The notes beneath the pieces are model-generated. The model did no database searches and was not told the origin of the DNA. It was given only the letters and a program-made list of their open reading frames with translations. From an archaeon CG10_big_fil_rev_8_21_14_0_10_43_11 (GTDB taxonomy: Archaea; Nanobdellota; Nanobdellia; PEZQ01), in the NCBI GenBank assembly GCA_002763265.1, contig PEZQ01000003.1, forward strand, positions 114,112 to 178,111: a stretch of DNA of 64,000 nt, given 5' to 3'. Of the stretch, positions 61,091-64,000 are shown piece by piece. Position numbers and translations under genes: made by a program. Numbering within the stretch: position 1 is the first letter of the stretch; every line of letters begins with the position of its first letter.

Positions 61091-63251
61091 ACGGGATGGA
61101 AGAATCGTTGATTTTGATAAAGAAAAAATAACTAATGCCATATTTAATGCGGCACAAGCAGTGGGGGGAAAAGACCGGCAACTTGCAAGCATGATTGCAA
61201 ACCACGTTGAGCGCGCAGTTCTCGAACAATTTGAAGACACAATTGCAAGTGTTGAAGAAATACAGGACCTTGTAGAAAAAATCCTTATAGAAAATGGTCA
61301 TGCAAAAACAGCAAAAGCATATATTCTCTATCGCGAGCAGCACAGCCAAATTCGCGACATGAAACACTTGTTTGTCAATGTACACGAGCTCATGGACGGC
61401 TATCTTGACCAGGTTGACTGGCGCGTAAAAGAAAACGGCAACATGACCTACTCGCTTTCAGGCCTTATGATGCACACCACCGGTGCTATTATGGCAAATT
61501 ACACGCTCTCAAAAGTGTACCCGCGCGAGGTGGGCGAAGCGCACCGCAGAGGAGACCTGCACATCCACGACTTAAGTATGGGTATTAGCGGGTATTGTGC
61601 GGGCTGGAGCCTGCGCCAACTCCTTACTGAAGGATTTAATGGAGTTCTTGGAAAAACAGACAGCAAACCCGCAAAACATTTGGACAGCGCGTTGTGGCAA
61701 ATGATTAATTTTATTGGCACCCTGCAAAATGAGTGGGCGGGAGCACAAGCATTCTCAAGTTTTGACACGTATCTTGCGCCCTTTATAAAACAAGACAACT
61801 TGCCGTATGAAAAAGTTAAGCAGGCAATTCAGGGATTTATTTTTAACATGAATGTGCCCAGCCGCTGGGGCGGACAGACCCCCTTTTCAAACCTCACCTT
61901 TGACTGGATTGTTCCAGACGACATGAAAGAAACGCCCGCGCTTCTTGGCGGGGAGGCAATGAGTTTCACGTATGGCGAATGCCAAAAAGAAATGGATGTG
62001 ATTAACCGCGCATTCATGGAAGTTATGATGGAAGGCGATGCAAGCGGCAGGGTGTTTACCTTTCCCATTCCCACCTATAACATCACCAAAGAATTTAACT
62101 GGGAGAGCGAAAACGCGAATATGTTGTTTGAGATGACTGCTAAATATGGCATTCCTTATTTTCAGAATTTCATCAACAGTGATTTGAACCCTTCAGACGT
62201 TCGCAGCATGTGCTGTCGACTGCAAATGGATCTTCGCGAACTGCGAAAACGCGGAGGCGGATTGTTTGGCGCTGCAGAAATGACAGGAAGTCTTGGCGTT
62301 GTCACTATCAACCTTCCGCGCGTTGGGTTTCTTTCAAAAACAAAAGAGGAATTTTTCAAACGTTTAGAATACCTCATGCAAGTTGCAAAGAAAAGTCTTG
62401 AAATCAAGCGCAAACTCGTGCAAAAGAATATGGACAACGGACTTATGCCTTACAGCAAGCGCTATCTTGGCACGCTCAAAAACCACTTTTCAACCATTGG
62501 CATTGTAGGCATGAATGAAGCGTTGGTTAATTTCATGAATAAAACCCTTGTTGACCCGCAGGGTCGCGCGTTTGCTCTTGAAGTTATGGATTTCATGCGC
62601 GCACACCTTCAGGATTTTCAAGAAGAAACAGAAAACATTTACAACCTTGAAGCAACACCGGCAGAGGGGACCGCGTATAGACTAGCACGCATTGACAAAA
62701 AACTCTACCCCGACATTATTGTTGCAAACGAGTCAAATGCAGCAGAAGGCGCTGAACCGTACTACACAAATTCAACCCACTTGCCGGTTGGTTCAACAGA
62801 TGACATTTTTGAAGCACTTGAACTCCAAGACGCGTTGCAAACTAAGTACACAGGGGGGACGGTTCTTCACGGCTTTATGGGTGAACGCTTAATTGACCGT
62901 GAATCCTGCAAAATGCTGGTAAAACGTATTGCCCACAACTATAAACTACCCTATTTTACCATGACACCTACATTTAGCATTTGTCCAGTGCATGGGTATC
63001 TTACTGGAGAGCATCAGAGTTGCCCGCAAACACACACACCACTCCAGTACGCGTCGTTTGGTGTTGAGAGCGCGAATAATGAGGGCACAACAGTGCAGAC
63101 CCTGCCCTGTGAAGTGTTTAGCCGCGTGGTTGGCTATTTTAGGCCGGTTCAGAACTGGAATCATGGCAAGCGGGAAGAGTTTAAGGACAGAAGAACGTAT
63201 AACGAGCACGTGTCCCATCAAAGCGGGTTTGCAAAACGCGGAGAAGATTAG
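61071..63251 (+). CDS. nrdD: anaerobic (class III) ribonucleoside-triphosphate reductase with N-terminal ATP-cone
   Basis: The ATP-cone is VRKRDGRIVDFDKEKI, the C-terminal Cys pair is ICPVHGY..SCPQ, and the glycyl-radical motif is FSRVVGYFRPV. Confidence 0.95.
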   Translation: MVTQVRKRDGRIVDFDKEKITNAIFNAAQAVGGKDRQLASMIANHVERAVLEQFEDTIASVEEIQDLVEKILIENGHAKTAKAYILYREQHSQIRDMKHLFVNVHELMDGYLDQVDWRVKENGNMTYSLSGLMMHTTGAIMANYTLSKVYPREVGEAHRRGDLHIHDLSMGISGYCAGWSLRQLLTEGFNGVLGKTDSKPAKHLDSALWQMINFIGTLQNEWAGAQAFSSFDTYLAPFIKQDNLPYEKVKQAIQGFIFNMNVPSRWGGQTPFSNLTFDWIVPDDMKETPALLGGEAMSFTYGECQKEMDVINRAFMEVMMEGDASGRVFTFPIPTYNITKEFNWESENANMLFEMTAKYGIPYFQNFINSDLNPSDVRSMCCRLQMDLRELRKRGGGLFGAAEMTGSLGVVTINLPRVGFLSKTKEEFFKRLEYLMQVAKKSLEIKRKLVQKNMDNGLMPYSKRYLGTLKNHFSTIGIVGMNEALVNFMNKTLVDPQGRAFALEVMDFMRAHLQDFQEETENIYNLEATPAEGTAYRLARIDKKLYPDIIVANESNAAEGAEPYYTNSTHLPVGSTDDIFEALELQDALQTKYTGGTVLHGFMGERLIDRESCKMLVKRIAHNYKLPYFTMTPTFSICPVHGYLTGEHQSCPQTHTPLQYASFGVESANNEGTTVQTLPCEVFSRVVGYFRPVQNWNHGKREEFKDRRTYNEHVSHQSGFAKRGED

Positions 63252-63256
63252 AAGCA

Positions 63257-63937
63257 ATGATTGCAGGTGTGCAGAAAACGTCACTCATTGATTACCCACA
63301 GCATGTGAGCTTTGTTGTGTTCACAGGCGGCTGCAATTTTCGCTGTCCGTATTGCCACAACCCCGAACTCGTGGAACCGGCATCACAACCACTCAGCGAG
63401 CGTGATGTGCTTGCTGATATTGCACGGCGCAAAAAAATTATTGACAGCGTGTGCGTGACTGGAGGCGAGCCTACCCTGCACAAAGCGCTCAAACCATTTC
63501 TTGAAGGTGTAAAAGCGCTCGGTCTTAGTGTCAAACTTGACACAAACGGCACAAACCCCGCGTTTCTCAAAGAATTGGTTGATGGTGAATTGGTTGATTA
63601 CGTTGCTATGGACATTAAAGCACCTCTTGACGCGTACACGCGCGCAACTGGCGTGAAAACCAATGCAAACGCGTTGCGTGCAAGCATTCGTTTCATCATC
63701 AAGAGCGGAATTAGTCACGAGTTTCGCACCACGTTTGTTCCCGGCGTTGTTTCAAAACAAGACGTGCCACGCATTCTTAAGGAAATTAAAGGAGCACAAC
63801 AATACTGCATTCAGCAATTTCGTCCAACAAAAACCCTCGACCCCCAGTTCAAACACACAACGCCGTTTGACGCAGCCGCGCTCTATGACATACAAAAAAC
63901 GTGCGCGTCAGATATTCCTATTATTGTTCGCGCCTAA
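63257..63937 (+). CDS. nrdG: anaerobic RNR activating enzyme (radical SAM)
   Basis: Contains the radical-SAM cluster motif GGCNFRCPYCHN and the GGEPTL motif. Confidence 0.92.
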   Translation: MIAGVQKTSLIDYPQHVSFVVFTGGCNFRCPYCHNPELVEPASQPLSERDVLADIARRKKIIDSVCVTGGEPTLHKALKPFLEGVKALGLSVKLDTNGTNPAFLKELVDGELVDYVAMDIKAPLDAYTRATGVKTNANALRASIRFIIKSGISHEFRTTFVPGVVSKQDVPRILKEIKGAQQYCIQQFRPTKTLDPQFKHTTPFDAAALYDIQKTCASDIPIIVRA

Positions 63938-64000
63938 ACACCTACGAGTGCACCAATCACTGCTCCAATGCCATATGCCACGAATGCGGCAAGCCCCCCC
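63934..64000 (-). CDS. 3' end of a gene encoding a Gly/Ala-rich hydrophobic C-terminus (rest outside window)
   Basis: The minus-strand frame reads ...GGLAAFVAYGIGAVIGALVGV and then stops at 63934-63936. Only 22 codons are visible. Confidence 0.25.
   Translation of the reverse strand, partial: GGLAAFVAYGIGAVIGALVGV

Noticed and set aside
1-64000. CRISPR arrays, rRNA genes, inteins in PolB/NrdD/UvrA, large tandem repeats
   Set aside because: No regularly spaced direct repeats were seen. No rRNA-like conserved stretches were seen either. PolB (782 aa), NrdD (726 aa) and UvrA (934 aa) have normal intein-free lengths with contiguous motifs. This was a visual scan only and is not exhaustive.

Overview
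This 64-kb segment looks archaeal and probably comes from a small-genome, DPANN-like lineage; that taxonomic guess is inference only. Archaeal markers include a type-II GAPDH, PGK, a DhnA-type class-I aldolase, an ADP-dependent sugar kinase, a GH57 glycosidase and a family-B DNA polymerase. Others are a membrane LonB-type protease, a DRG GTPase, an archaemetzincin, a pilin-like class-III signal peptide and a tRNA with bulge-helix-bulge introns. These are mixed with bacterial-type modules: a translationally coupled uvrA-uvrC-uvrB operon, nrdR-nrdD-nrdG, a four-gene PrkA-PrkA-YeaH(DUF444)-SpoVR operon, and DsbA/CcdA thiol-disulfide genes. Many genes overlap by 1-4 nt (ATGA), and TATA-like boxes sit about 25-33 nt upstream of start codons. 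Two visibly A+T-rich accessory islands lie next to tRNA genes. The first (about 25.7-28.1 kb) carries nucleotidyltransferase/HEPN genes and a decayed tyrosine recombinase beside tRNA-Ala. The second (about 31.0-35.5 kb) carries a LAGLIDADG ORF, a two-intron tRNA(CAU), a 15-bp att-like direct repeat, RHH/PIN, Nudix and a membrane-anchored HNH protein. The most notable observations are: (1) tRNA(CAU) with two BHB introns and a 7-nt anticodon micro-exon; (2) the PrkA-PrkA-YeaH-SpoVR operon in an archaeal context; (3) an unannotated 53-aa truncated histone-fold ORF with a strong Shine-Dalgarno; (4) three disrupted reading frames, two at A-runs and one at an AG repeat (acylphosphatase, Lon N-terminus, HEPN); (5) DsbA paralogs with gene-conversion-like identical tracts; (6) candidate tandem NrdR boxes with 32-bp spacing. 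No CRISPR array, rRNA or intein was seen. All calls rest on motif recognition by eye; no database search was run.
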